Origin: Balanoglossus misakiensis
Taxonomy: Eukaryota > Animalia > Hemichordata
Direction of reading: 5' to 3'
DNA length: 64,000 nucleotides
NCBI GenBank assembly: GCA_040954595.2
Contig: CM082596.2
Span: 4,333,025-4,397,024 of the forward strand
The notes beneath the pieces are model-generated. The model did no database searches. It had not been told where the DNA came from and saw only the letters and a list, made by a program, of their open reading frames with translations. The position numbers and the translations under genes were made by a program. Each line of letters starts with the position of its first letter. Within the stretch, counting starts at the first letter, position 1. Below are positions 12,901-25,333 of the stretch, in pieces.

Positions 12901-15900
12901 TGCTGAAACCTGTACATGAGTGGTCATTGGAACATTCCTCAGCACAGATTCCAATTTGACCTTCTGGTACAGCTGGACACTGGCCTGGTTTTGGAGCTGA
13001 GAATAAAATAAGACACTAAGTTCAGTTGGCACAAAAAGCACCTTTCATGACAGTGCAGCCAATGACAAATAAAGTTTCATTTGCCAAGTGGATTGGAGAA
13101 CTCACCTGGTTCAGGTGTTGTACATACACGTCCACAACCATTGCTGCAGCATTTGGAATTTCCTTCACAGTGGGCATCGTTGTCACACATATTGCTGCAA
13201 ATTCCAACTGTGCCTGGTTCGACTGCAGGACATACTCCATCTTTCACAACTATTGGCACAAAACGGAAAATTAACAAGTTAAGATCAAGCTTAATGATTC
13301 TTACCACTGAGAAATGTTCATATAGTAATCATGGATGAAATGATGAAATTGGCTATTCTTTCTCACCTGGTGTAGGTGCAACACATGTGTGGCCACATCC
13401 ATTACTGCAGCACTTGTGGAAAGTTGGACAGGATTCATCACTGGTACATGCTTCAGAGCAGATACCCATCTGCCCATCAGCAACAGCTGGACATTCACCA
13501 GGTTTGATAACTGTTGGAAATTTACAAAGAGTGCACTGTAAATGTACGTTCTGAGCGTTGAGAACTCCAGTTTTGAAAGTAGCTATGGATCCTGAGTGCT
13601 TCATCACAAAATTCATTCATTCCATATGGCAACAAATGCATAGAAGTGACACCAGTTGAATTACTCTTTTCAAATGAGAAATATTCTCACCTGGTTCAGC
13701 ATCAACACAAACATGACCACAGCCATTGCTACAGCATTTCTTAGTTCCTGCACAATGGGCATCATCACTGCATTCTTCCCAACAAATGCCACCCATACCT
13801 GGTTGAACTGCCGGACAACGACCTTCCTTGACAACTGAAAGAAATTGCAACATGTTAGAATTGGACGTGTAGTCAATCATCAGCTTTTAGCGAAGAACGA
13901 CACACATGTTCAGTTGAAATATTTAATCCAAAGTACTTTCCTCTGAAACTTTAAATTAAAAGAGTTTTGTCCATTATAGGTACCGAATATGACAAAATGA
14001 TCCATACCTGGCACTGGCGGTGTACAAGCATGTCCACATCCATTACTGCAGCACTTGCTGAAACCTGTACATGAGTGGTCATTGGAACATTCCTCGGCAC
14101 AGCTTCCCATTTGACCTTCTGGTACAGCTGGACACTGGCCTGGTTTTGGAGCTGAGAATAAAATAAGACAATTATTTTAGTTGGCACAAAAAGCACCTTC
14201 AACGACTTTCCTTATCCAGGACAATCCTGCCAAACGTCTCGAAATTGCAACTTTTCACAACCAATCAATCTTTCAATATCGAAAACATAAAATTGGAGAA
14301 CTCACCTGGTTCAGGTGTTGTACATACACGTCCACAACCATTGCTGCAACATTTGGAATTTCCTTCACAGTGGGCATCGTTGTCACACATATTGCTGCAA
14401 ATTCCAACTGTGCCTGGTTCAACTGCAGGACATACTCCATCTTTCACAACTATATTGGCACAAAACGGAAAAAAACAAATTAAGATCAAGCTTGATGTTT
14501 CCTACCACTGAAAAATGTTCATATAGTAATCATGGATGAAATGATGAAATTGGCTATAATTCTTTCTCACCTGGTGTAGGAGCAACACATGTGTGGCCAC
14601 ATCCATTACTGCAGCACTTGTGGAAAGTTGGACAGGATTCATCACTGGTACATGCTTCAGAGCAGATACCCATCTGCCCATCAGGAACAGCTGGACATTC
14701 ACCAGGTTTGATAACTGTTGGAAATTTACAAAGAGTGCACTGTAAATGTACGTTCTGAGCGTTGAGAACTCCAGTTTTGAAAGTAGCTATGGATCCCGAG
14801 TCCTTCATCACCAAATTCATTCATTCCATATGGCAACAAACGCATAGAAGTGACACCAGTTGAATTACTCTTTTCAAATGAGAAATATTCTCACCTGGTT
14901 CAGCATCAACACAAACATGACCACAGCCATTGCTACAGCATTTCTTAGTTCCTGCACAATGGGCATCATCACTGCATTCTTGTGAACAAATGCCAAACAT
15001 ATCTGGTTCAACAGCTGGACAACGACCTTCCTTGACAACTGAAAGAAGCAAAAGGTGCCCATTGCAACATGTCAAAATTGGACGTGTAGTCAATCATCTG
15101 CCTTTAGTAAAGAACGACACACATGTGAGGTTGGAATGTTTAATCCACAGTTGTTTCCTTTGAAACTTTAAATTAAAAGACTTTTGTCCATTATTGGTAT
15201 CGAATATGACCAAATGATCCATACCTGGCACTGGCGGTGTACAAGCATGTCCACATCCATTACTGCAGCACTTGCTGAAACCTGTACATGAGTGGTCATT
15301 GGAACATTCCTCAGCACAGATTCCAATTTGACCTTCTGGTACAGCTGGACACTGGCCTGGTTTTGGAGCTGAGAATAAAATAAGACACTAAGTTCAGTTG
15401 GCACAAAAAGCACCTTTCATGACAGTGCAGCCAATGACAAATAAAGTTTCATTTGCCAAGTGGATTGGAGAACTCACCTGGTTCAGGTGTTGTACATACA
15501 CGTCCACAACCATTGCTGCAGCATTTGGAATTTCCTTCACAGTGGGCATCGTTGTCACACATATTGCTGCAAATTCCAACTGTGCCTGGTTCGACTGCAG
15601 GACATACTCCATCTTTCACAACTATTGGCACAAAACGGAAAATTAACAAGTTAAGATCAAGCTTAATGATTCTTACCACTGAGAAATGTTCATATAGTAA
15701 TCATGGATGAAATGATGAAATTGGCTATTCTTTCTCACCTGGTGTAGGTGCAACACATGTGTGGCCACATCCATTACTGCAGCACTTGCTGAAACCTGTA
15801 CATGAGTGGTCATTGGAACATTCCTCGGCACAGATTCCAATTTGAGCTTCTGGTACAGCTGGACACTGGCCTGGTTTTGGAGCTGAAAATAGAATAAGAC

Positions 15901-18900
15901 AATAGTTAAGTTGGAACAAAAAGTATCTTCCGCGACAGTACAGCCAATGACAAATAAAGTTTCATTTGTCGAGTGGATTGGAGAACTCACCTGGTTCAGG
16001 TGTTGTACATACACGTCCACAACCATTGCTGCAACATTTGGAATTTCCTTCACAGTGGGCATCGTTGTCACACATATTGCTGCAAATTCCAACTGTGCCT
16101 GGTTCGACTGCAGGACATACTCCATCTTTCACAACTATTAGTACAAAACGGAAAATAAACAAGTTAAGATCAAGCTTCATGTTTCTTACCACTAAGAAAT
16201 GTTCATATAGTAATCATGGATGAAATGATGAAATTGGCTATTCTTTCTCACCTGGTGTAGGTGCAACACATGTGTGGCCACATCCATTACTGCAGCACTT
16301 GTGGAAAGTTGGACAGGATTCATCACTGGTACATGCTTCAGAGCAGATACCCATCTGCCCATCAGGAACTTCTGGACATTCACCAGGTTTGATAACTGTT
16401 GGAAATTTACAAAGAGTGCACTGTAAATGTACGTTCTGAGCGTTGAGAACTCCAGTTGTAAAAGTAGCTATGGATCCTGAGTGCTTCATCACAAGTATTA
16501 ATTCATTTCATATGGCAACAAATGCATAGAAGTGACACCAGTTTAATTACTCTTTTCAAATGAGAAATATTCTCACCTGGTTCAGCATCAACACAAACAT
16601 GACCACAGCCATTGCTACAGCATTTCTTAGTTCCTGCACAATGGGCATCATCACTGCATTCTTGTGAACAAATGCCAAACATATCTGGTTCAACAGCTGG
16701 ACAACGACCTTCCTTGACAACTGAAAGAAGCAAAAGGTGCCCATTGCAACATGTCAAAATTGGACGTGTAGTCAATCATCTGCCTTTAGTAAAGAACGAC
16801 ACACATGTGAGGTTGGAATGTTTAATCCACAGTTGTTTCCTTTGAAACTTTAAATTAAAAGAGTTTTGTCCATTATAGGTACCGAATATGACAAAATGAT
16901 CCATACCTGGCACTGGCGGTGTACAAGCATGTCCACATCCATTACTGCAGCACTTGCTGAAACCTGTACATGAGTGGTCATTGGAACATTCCTCGGCACA
17001 GCTTCCCATTTGACCTTCTGGTACAGCTGGACACTGGCCTGGTTTTGGAGCTGAGAATAAAATAAGACAATTATTTTAGTTGGCACAAAAAGCACCTTCA
17101 ACGACTTTCCTTATCCAGGACAATCCTGCCAAACGTCTCGAAATTGCAACTTTTCACAACCAATCAATCTTTCAATATCGAAAACATAAAATTGGAGAAC
17201 TCACCTGGTTCAGGTGTTGTACATACACGTCCACAACCATTGCTGCAACATTTGGAATTTCCTTCACAGTGGGCATCGTTGTCACACATATTGCTGCAAA
17301 TTCCAACTGTGCCTGGTTCAACTGCAGGACATACTCCATCTTTCACAACTATATTGGCACAAAACGGAAAAAAACAAATTAAGATCAAGCTTGATGTTTC
17401 CTACCACTGAAAAATGTTCATATAGTAATCATGGATGAAATGATGAAATTGGCTATAATTCTTTCTCACCTGGTGTAGGAGCAACACATGTGTGGCCACA
17501 TCCATTACTGCAGCACTTGTGGAAAGTTGGACAGGATTCATCACTGGTACATGCTTCAGAGCAGATACCCATCTGCCCATCAGGAACAGCTGGACATTCA
17601 CCAGGTTTGATAACTGTTGGAAATTTACAAAGAGTGCACTGTAAATGTACGTTCTGAGCGTTGAGAACTCCAGTTTTGAAAGTAGCTATGGATCCCGAGT
17701 CCTTCATCACCAAATTCATTCATTCCATATGGCAACAAACGCATAGAAGTGACACCAGTTGAATTACTCTTTTCAAATGAGAAATATTCTCACCTGGTTC
17801 AGCATCAACACAAACATGACCACAGCCATTGCTACAGCATTTCTTAGTTCCTGCACAATGGGCATCATCACTGCATTCTTCCCAACAAATGCCACCCATA
17901 CCTGGTTTAACAGCTGGACAACGACCTTCCTTGACAACTGAAAGAAGCAAAAGGTGCCCATTGCAACATGTCAAAATTGGAGGTGTAGTCAATCATCTGC
18001 CTTAAATTTAGTAAAGAACGACACACATGTGAGGTTGGAATATTTAATCCACAGTTGTATCCTAAGAAACTTTAAATTAAAAGAGTTTTGTCCATCATTG
18101 GTATCGAATATGACCAAATGATCCATACCTGGCACTGGCGGTGTACAAGCATGTCCACATCCATTACTGCAGCACTTGCTGAAACCTGTACATGAGTGGT
18201 CATTGGAACATTCCTCAGCACAGATTCCAATTTGACCTTCTGGTACAGCTGGACACTGGCCTGGTTTTGGAGCTGAGAATAAAATAAGACACTAAGTTCA
18301 GTTGGCACAAAAAGCACCTTTCATGACAGTGCAGCCAATGACAAATAAAGTTTCATTTGCCAAGTGGATTGGAGAACTCACCTGGTTCAGGTGTTGTACA
18401 TACACGTCCACAACCATTGCTGCAGCATTTGGAATTTCCTTCACAGTGGGCATCGTTGTCACACATATTGCTGCAAATTCCAACTGTGCCTGGTTCGACT
18501 GCAGGACATACTCCATCTTTCACAACTATTGGCACAAAACGGAAAATTAACAAGTTAAGATCAAGCTTAATGATTCTTACCACTGAGAAATGTTCATATA
18601 GTAATCATGGATGAAATGATGAAATTGGCTATTCTTTCTCACCTGGTGTAGGTGCAACACATGTGTGGCCACATCCATTACTGCAGCACTTGTGGAAAGT
18701 TGGACAGGATTCATCACTGGTACATGCTTCAGAGCAGATACCCATCTGCCCATCAGCAACAGCTGGACATTCACCAGGTTTGATAACTGTTGGAAATTTA
18801 CAAAGAGTGCACTGTAAATGTACGTTCTGAGCGTTGAGAACTCCAGTTTTGAAAGTAGCTATGGATCCTGAGTGCTTCATCACAAAATTCATTCATTCCA

Positions 18901-21900
18901 TATGGCAACAAATGCATAGAAGTGACACCAGTTGAATTACTCTTTTCAAATGAGAAATATTCTCACCTGGTTCAGCATCAACACAAACATGACCACAGCC
19001 ATTGCTACAGCATTTCTTAGTTCCTGCACAATGGGCATCATCACTGCATTCTTCCCAACAAATGCCACCCATACCTGGTTGAACTGCCGGACAACGACCT
19101 TCCTTGACAACTGAAAGAAATTGCAACATGTTAGAATTGGACGTGTAGTCAATCATCAGCTTTTAGCGAAGAACGACACACATGTTCAGTTGAAATATTT
19201 AATCCAAAGTACTTTCCTCTGAAACTTTAAATTAAAAGAGTTTTGTCCATTATAGGTACCGAATATGACAAAATGATCCATACCTGGCACTGGCGGTGTA
19301 CAAGCATGTCCACATCCATTACTGCAGCACTTGCTGAAACCTGTACATGAGTGGTCATTGGAACATTCCTCGGCACAGCTTCCCATTTGACCTTCTGGTA
19401 CAGCTGGACACTGGCCTGGTTTTGGAGCTGAGAATAAAATAAGACAATTATTTTAGTTGGCACAAAAAGCACCTTCAACGACTTTCCTTATCCAGGACAA
19501 TCCTGCCAAACGTCTCGAAATTGCAACTTTTCACAACCAATCAATCTTTCAATATCGAAAACATAAAATTGGAGAACTCACCTGGTTCAGGTGTTGTACA
19601 TACACGTCCACAACCATTGCTGCAACATTTGGAATTTCCTTCACAGTGGGCATCGTTGTCACACATATTGCTGCAAATTCCAACTGTGCCTGGTTCAACT
19701 GCAGGACATACTCCATCTTTCACAACTATATTGGCACAAAACGGAAAAAAACAAATTAAGATCAAGCTTGATGTTTCCTACCACTGAAAAATGTTCATAT
19801 AGTAATCATGGATGAAATGATGAAATTGGCTATAATTCTTTCTCACCTGGTGTAGGAGCAACACATGTGTGGCCACATCCATTACTGCAGCACTTGTGGA
19901 AAGTTGGACAGGATTCATCACTGGTACATGCTTCAGAGCAGATACCCATCTGCCCATCAGGAACAGCTGGACATTCACCAGGTTTGATAACTGTTGGAAA
20001 TTTACAAAGAGTGCACTGTAAATGTACGTTCTGAGCGTTGAGAACTCCAGTTTTGAAAGTAGCTATGGATCCCGAGTCCTTCATCACCAAATTCATTCAT
20101 TCCATATGGCAACAAACGCATAGAAGTGACACCAGTTGAATTACTCTTTTCAAATGAGAAATATTCTCACCTGGTTCAGCATCAACACAAACATGACCAC
20201 AGCCATTGCTACAGCATTTCTTAGTTCCTGCACAATGGGCATCATCACTGCATTCTTGTGAACAAATGCCAAACATATCTGGTTCAACAGCTGGACAACG
20301 ACCTTCCTTGACAACTGAAAGAAGCAAAAGGTGCCCATTGCAACATGTCAAAATTGGACGTGTAGTCAATCATCTGCCTTTAGTAAAGAACGACACACAT
20401 GTGAGGTTGGAATGTTTAATCCACAGTTGTTTCCTTTGAAACTTTAAATTAAAAGACTTTTGTCCATTATTGGTATCGAATATGACCAAATGATCCATAC
20501 CTGGCACTGGCGGTGTACAAGCATGTCCACATCCATTACTGCAGCACTTGCTGAAACCTGTACATGAGTGGTCATTGGAACATTCCTCAGCACAGATTCC
20601 AATTTGACCTTCTGGTACAGCTGGACACTGGCCTGGTTTTGGAGCTGAGAATAAAATAAGACACTAAGTTCAGTTGGCACAAAAAGCACCTTTCATGACA
20701 GTGCAGCCAATGACAAATAAAGTTTCATTTGCCAAGTGGATTGGAGAACTCACCTGGTTCAGGTGTTGTACATACACGTCCACAACCATTGCTGCAGCAT
20801 TTGGAATTTCCTTCACAGTGGGCATCGTTGTCACACATATTGCTGCAAATTCCAACTGTGCCTGGTTCGACTGCAGGACATACTCCATCTTTCACAACTA
20901 TTGGCACAAAACGGAAAATTAACAAGTTAAGATCAAGCTTAATGATTCTTACCACTGAGAAATGTTCATATAGTAATCATGGATGAAATGATGAAATTGG
21001 CTATTCTTTCTCACCTGGTGTAGGTGCAACACATGTGTGGCCACATCCATTACTGCAGCACTTGCTGAAACCTGTACATGAGTGGTCATTGGAACATTCC
21101 TCGGCACAGATTCCAATTTGAGCTTCTGGTACAGCTGGACACTGGCCTGGTTTTGGAGCTGAAAATAGAATAAGACAATAGTTAAGTTGGAACAAAAAGT
21201 ATCTTCCGCGACAGTACAGCCAATGACAAATAAAGTTTCATTTGTCGAGTGGATTGGAGAACTCACCTGGTTCAGGTGTTGTACATACACGTCCACAACC
21301 ATTGCTGCAACATTTGGAATTTCCTTCACAGTGGGCATCGTTGTCACACATATTGCTGCAAATTCCAACTGTGCCTGGTTCGACTGCAGGACATACTCCA
21401 TCTTTCACAACTATTAGTACAAAACGGAAAATAAACAAGTTAAGATCAAGCTTCATGTTTCTTACCACTAAGAAATGTTCATATAGTAATCATGGATGAA
21501 ATGATGAAATTGGCTATTCTTTCTCACCTGGTGTAGGTGCAACACATGTGTGGCCACATCCATTACTGCAGCACTTGTGGAAAGTTGGACAGGATTCATC
21601 ACTGGTACATGCTTCAGAGCAGATACCCATCTGCCCATCAGGAACTTCTGGACATTCACCAGGTTTGATAACTGTTGGAAATTTACAAAGAGTGCACTGT
21701 AAATGTACGTTCTGAGCGTTGAGAACTCCAGTTGTAAAAGTAGCTATGGATCCTGAGTGCTTCATCACAAGTATTAATTCATTTCATATGGCAACAAATG
21801 CATAGAAGTGACACCAGTTTAATTACTCTTTTCAAATGAGAAATATTCTCACCTGGTTCAGCATCAACACAAACATGACCACAGCCATTGCTACAGCATT

Positions 21901-23818
21901 TCTTAGTTCCTGCACAATGGGCATCATCACTGCATTCTTGTGAACAAATGCCAAACATATCTGGTTCAACAGCTGGACAACGACCTTCCTTGACAACTGA
22001 AAGAAGCAAAAGGTGCCCATTGCAAAATGTCAAAATTGGATGTGTAGTCAATCATCTGCTTTTAGTAAAGAACGACACACATGTGAGGTTGGAATGTTTA
22101 ATCCACAGTTGTTTCCCCTGAAACTTTAAATTATAAGAGTTTTGTCCATCATTGGTCGCGAATATGACCAAATGATCCATACCTGGCACTGGAGGTGTAC
22201 AAACATGTCCACATCCATTACTGCAGCACTTGCTGAAACCTGTACATGAGTGGTCATTGGAACATTCCTCGGCACAGCTTCCCATTTGACCTTCTGGTAC
22301 AGCTGGACACTGGCCTGGTTTTGGACCTAAGAATAGAATAAGACAATGGTTTAGTTGGCTCATAAAGCATCTTGTATGACAGTGCAGCCAATAACAAATG
22401 AAGTTTCATTTGCCAAGTGGATTGTTGCAAATGTTTTTGCCCATCAAAATTCTTTCCTTATCCACGGCAATCATGCCTCACCTTGCAACTGTTCAAAGTC
22501 AATCAATCTTTCAAAATGGAATACGTATATTGGAGAACTCACCTGGTTCAGGTGTTGTACATACACGTCCACAACCATTGCTGCAACATTTGGAATTTCC
22601 TTCACAGTGGGCATCGTTGTCACACATATTGCTGCAAATTCCAACTGTGCCTGGTTCGACTGCAGGACATACTCCATCTTTCACAACTATTGGCACAAAA
22701 CGGAAAATAAACAAATTAAGATCAAGCTTGGTGTTTCTTACCACTGAGAAATGTTCATATAGTAATCATGGATGAAATGATGAAATTGGCTATTCTTTCT
22801 CACCTGGTGTAGGTGCAACACATGTGTGGCCACATCCATTACTGCAGCACTTGTGGAAAGTTGGACAGGATTCATCACTGGTACATGCTTCAGAGCAGAT
22901 ACCCACCTGCCCATCAGGAACAGCTGGACATTCACCAGGTTTGATAACTGTTGGAAATTTACAAAGAGTGCACTGCTATTATCAATTCAAGGTAGTGTGT
23001 ATTGCATCAACACATGTTCGCTGTACACAGGTTCTGACAATGAATAGCATTTCCGTCTGAAATGGCAATGTCGTTTGTTCTTATATACACATTTCAGACA
23101 ATATGGAAGCTTAATCACGTTTACCATTTACCATACCTTATGGACATGAGGTATTGTCCTATTCATGTCCTGAAAACAATACAAATTTGTTCAAGTATGG
23201 AAGATACTAACTTACATATCGTTGCTGGCCAGGGAATTTCATGACGTCATAAATGTTATGAAAATTGTTTAGTGAGGGCGCTATTCAGAAGGGGGTGGAC
23301 ATATAAGATATAAGTTCAGTTTACTCGCTACCACCAAACGAGCAGCATTCACTCTGCCTTCCTTTAAACTTTTTTTTTTTAAACCTCAGATTTACGTAGA
23401 ATTAATGCTTTTATAAATGCCTTTATAATGACAGAGGGAGAAAAAACGAGACGCAAGTGAAGATTTTATAGTCTATGCGTTGTCGTTACAGTTGTTTCAA
23501 AATGGCATTCTACTATGAAGCTGCTTGAGGCATACAAAACGAAACAATTCAAGAAAAACACGTGAAAGCGTTTGGAGATATTCCGGGAAATTATATGTAT
23601 GAGACGAGATAGAGCAAAGCCGTCAGAGAAATTTGGAATCCGGTGGTGAAGTTGCACAGATTTTAGAGATACTTTCGTTTTATCGCATATCTGTGATTTG
23701 GATCTCAGTTGCAGGATGGTCTGTTAACCATACAAATACATTCTCTGAAACGAATAACCAAACACTAAAACGACCGCAAATAATAAATACGTTGAATAGT
23801 TGTTTTTTTCCATGTTTC

Positions 23819-23859
<41 letters not shown>

Positions 23860-25293
23860 GCTTAGCATTTACTTTAGCGTGGCCTATGTCACCCCCGTGG
23901 CGTTTATTTTGAATGTTGGGTTAATGCACATACACACATAGCACAAACATGACATGTCGCAATCGGCGATTCTTTATTGTCCGGATTTACTTGCGAACCA
24001 CTTTCATTTAATGTCCCTTTCGTAAATCATGTTTGCATACTTTAGTGGCGTTGCAAGAGACGCTCTCAACACAGGCACTCAACAAGTACTAGGATCCGCC
24101 TTGCACAAGAGGGTGTGTGTTTACCACTATCGGAAAGTTTAATTTGAATAGACTTAAGTTTGAATTGTTGCGTTTGTGGTTACCCTGCCTTCCTTCTCAA
24201 CATTTCTGTGAATGCACACCAAAAAAGCTTGGCCTCTGGACATCAACAATACCATTCTTCAGCAACAGCACCGTGATATGAATAATAAACATGTCTGTAG
24301 TTTGTCAACAACAGGCCTTTGAATACAGTTTTAATTCCCGTCTTATTATCCACTCGGTTTGAACACTATGGCTAGATTTATGCAAATTCAATAGTATATA
24401 CGTTTCTTCTTAGGAATACAGTGAAAAGTATTAAAATCCAGTTGTTATTTTTTAACAGACAACGCTGACATTTGGGGCAGTATAGAAGAAAGTTACATTA
24501 TGTCTCGTTAGATTTATATATGAAATGTCCTTGGGAACACACACATTACAACCTCAAGTCGTAACTGCGGCTGTCGCCTATGTCCTACAAAACTAGATCA
24601 TCGCACGGTGGTTACAACAATGTCGTAATGGTAATCATATACTTGTATTTCGACCTTGGGAGAAAGTCGGTCAGGTGCGCTAACGTCCCTGCGCTTGAAT
24701 AAGTTTCTTTGGGGCGTTCCCTTTGTCCCAGAAATATAATAGCACGAAATGGTGGGTGAAACTTAAGAATGTGTTTGTCGCAGGTACGGACTAGTTTCAC
24801 GCAAACCAAGCTCTGGTTTGCGGTTTCTCGTATATTTGCCAACCACTGTGTCCTTGCAAGTCACTTATGCCCTATCAGAAGGCTATTGAACTGAAGGTGT
24901 CGCAGTTAATGAGAGTTTTATTAGCGGAAAACTCAACCGTTCACGCGTTTAAAGTAGAGAACGTGCCTTTGAACATGGATTGGTGAACTGTATACATGTA
25001 TCCCCCTCCCCAATCAAGAAAAAGACAGGCAGGCAAACAGACAGACATATACGATATCTCAAACTATAAAGATTGGAGGAAACCGAAAAATCCTGCCACA
25101 TATCAAACAGGAGAAATAGTTTTGAAGACGTCACAACAGAAAGGATCTTCAACTCGAACCCCGTGGCGCATTGACAAAAGTAAGAGGAACTGGTCACGTG
25201 TTTACAAGACTAAATTCAAGTCTTACCTGTTGACTGTATGAGTGCAATCCATGTAAGGCACAACAGCACGACCACCGTTGACTGGTTAGCCAT
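3966..25293 (-). CDS. Giant multi-WAP (four-disulfide core) type I transmembrane protein: signal peptide, about 51 WAP domains, 3 CNxCxC (VWC/pacifastin-like) modules, SEA-like domain, TM helix, short cytoplasmic tail
   Basis: Signal exon 25227-25293 ([22 protein letters not shown]). Then 42 array WAP exons of 144 nt (22804-22947 down to 10734-10877) and divergent WAP exons at 10437-10580, 10146-10289, 9802-9945, 9550-9693, 9175-9315, 8691-8828, 8327-8534, 7739-7876 and 7420-7563 (KPGxCP..C...C..D..C....[10 protein letters not shown]). Cys-module exons 8085-8128, 7240-7309, 6944-6987, 6683-6752, 6345-6391; microexon 6082-6094; SEA-like exons 5797-5868, 5531-5594, 5227-5322; TM exon 4638-4841; tail exons 4260-4316 and 3966-4016. 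Splice phases keep one frame through to TAA. Joining the signal exon to the array across a 2.3 kb intron is inferred from matching phase 1. Confidence 0.85.
4932..4999. repeat. Perfect 29-bp inverted repeat with 10-nt loop
   Basis: TTTACCTTGGCTGATTCTTGGCTGTTCTG (4932-4960) is the exact reverse complement of 4971-4999. Confidence 0.95.
10734..22947 (-). repeat. Tandem exon-intron array of WAP exon types A, B, C, D with ~1.2 kb basic, 2372-bp and ~5.27 kb higher-order periods
   Basis: Identical or near-identical ORFs recur at offsets of 2372 (11245 vs 13617; 12449 vs 14821) and 5276 (13617 vs 18893; 15673 vs 20949). Introns are almost as conserved as exons. Confidence 0.95.
23818..23857. repeat. 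(TTG)n microsatellite in intron 1 of the WAP gene
   Basis: About 13 tandem TTG units read directly from the sequence. Confidence 0.95.
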
Positions 25294-25326
25294 GATGATA
25301 CTGCAAAAGATCAGAGGACAACTAGG

Positions 25327-25333
25327 TTATATA
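25327..25333 (-). promoter_or_regulatory. Putative TATA box of the WAP gene
   Basis: TATATAA on the minus strand about 35-40 bp upstream of the signal-peptide ATG (25293). Confidence 0.45.

Noticed and set aside
10734-22947. CRISPR-like or satellite interpretation of the long repeat array
   Set aside because: The units are spliceable protein-coding exons plus introns with a period over 1 kb. There is no short repeat/unique spacer structure, no cas genes, and the context is eukaryotic.
10698-23060. Dozens of short plus-strand and alternate-frame ORFs in the array
   Set aside because: They are shadow frames of the WAP exons, repeated only because the DNA is duplicated.
23633-23941. Poly-Cys (+) and poly-Gln (-) ORFs
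   Set aside because: Both are translations of an intronic (TTG)n microsatellite.
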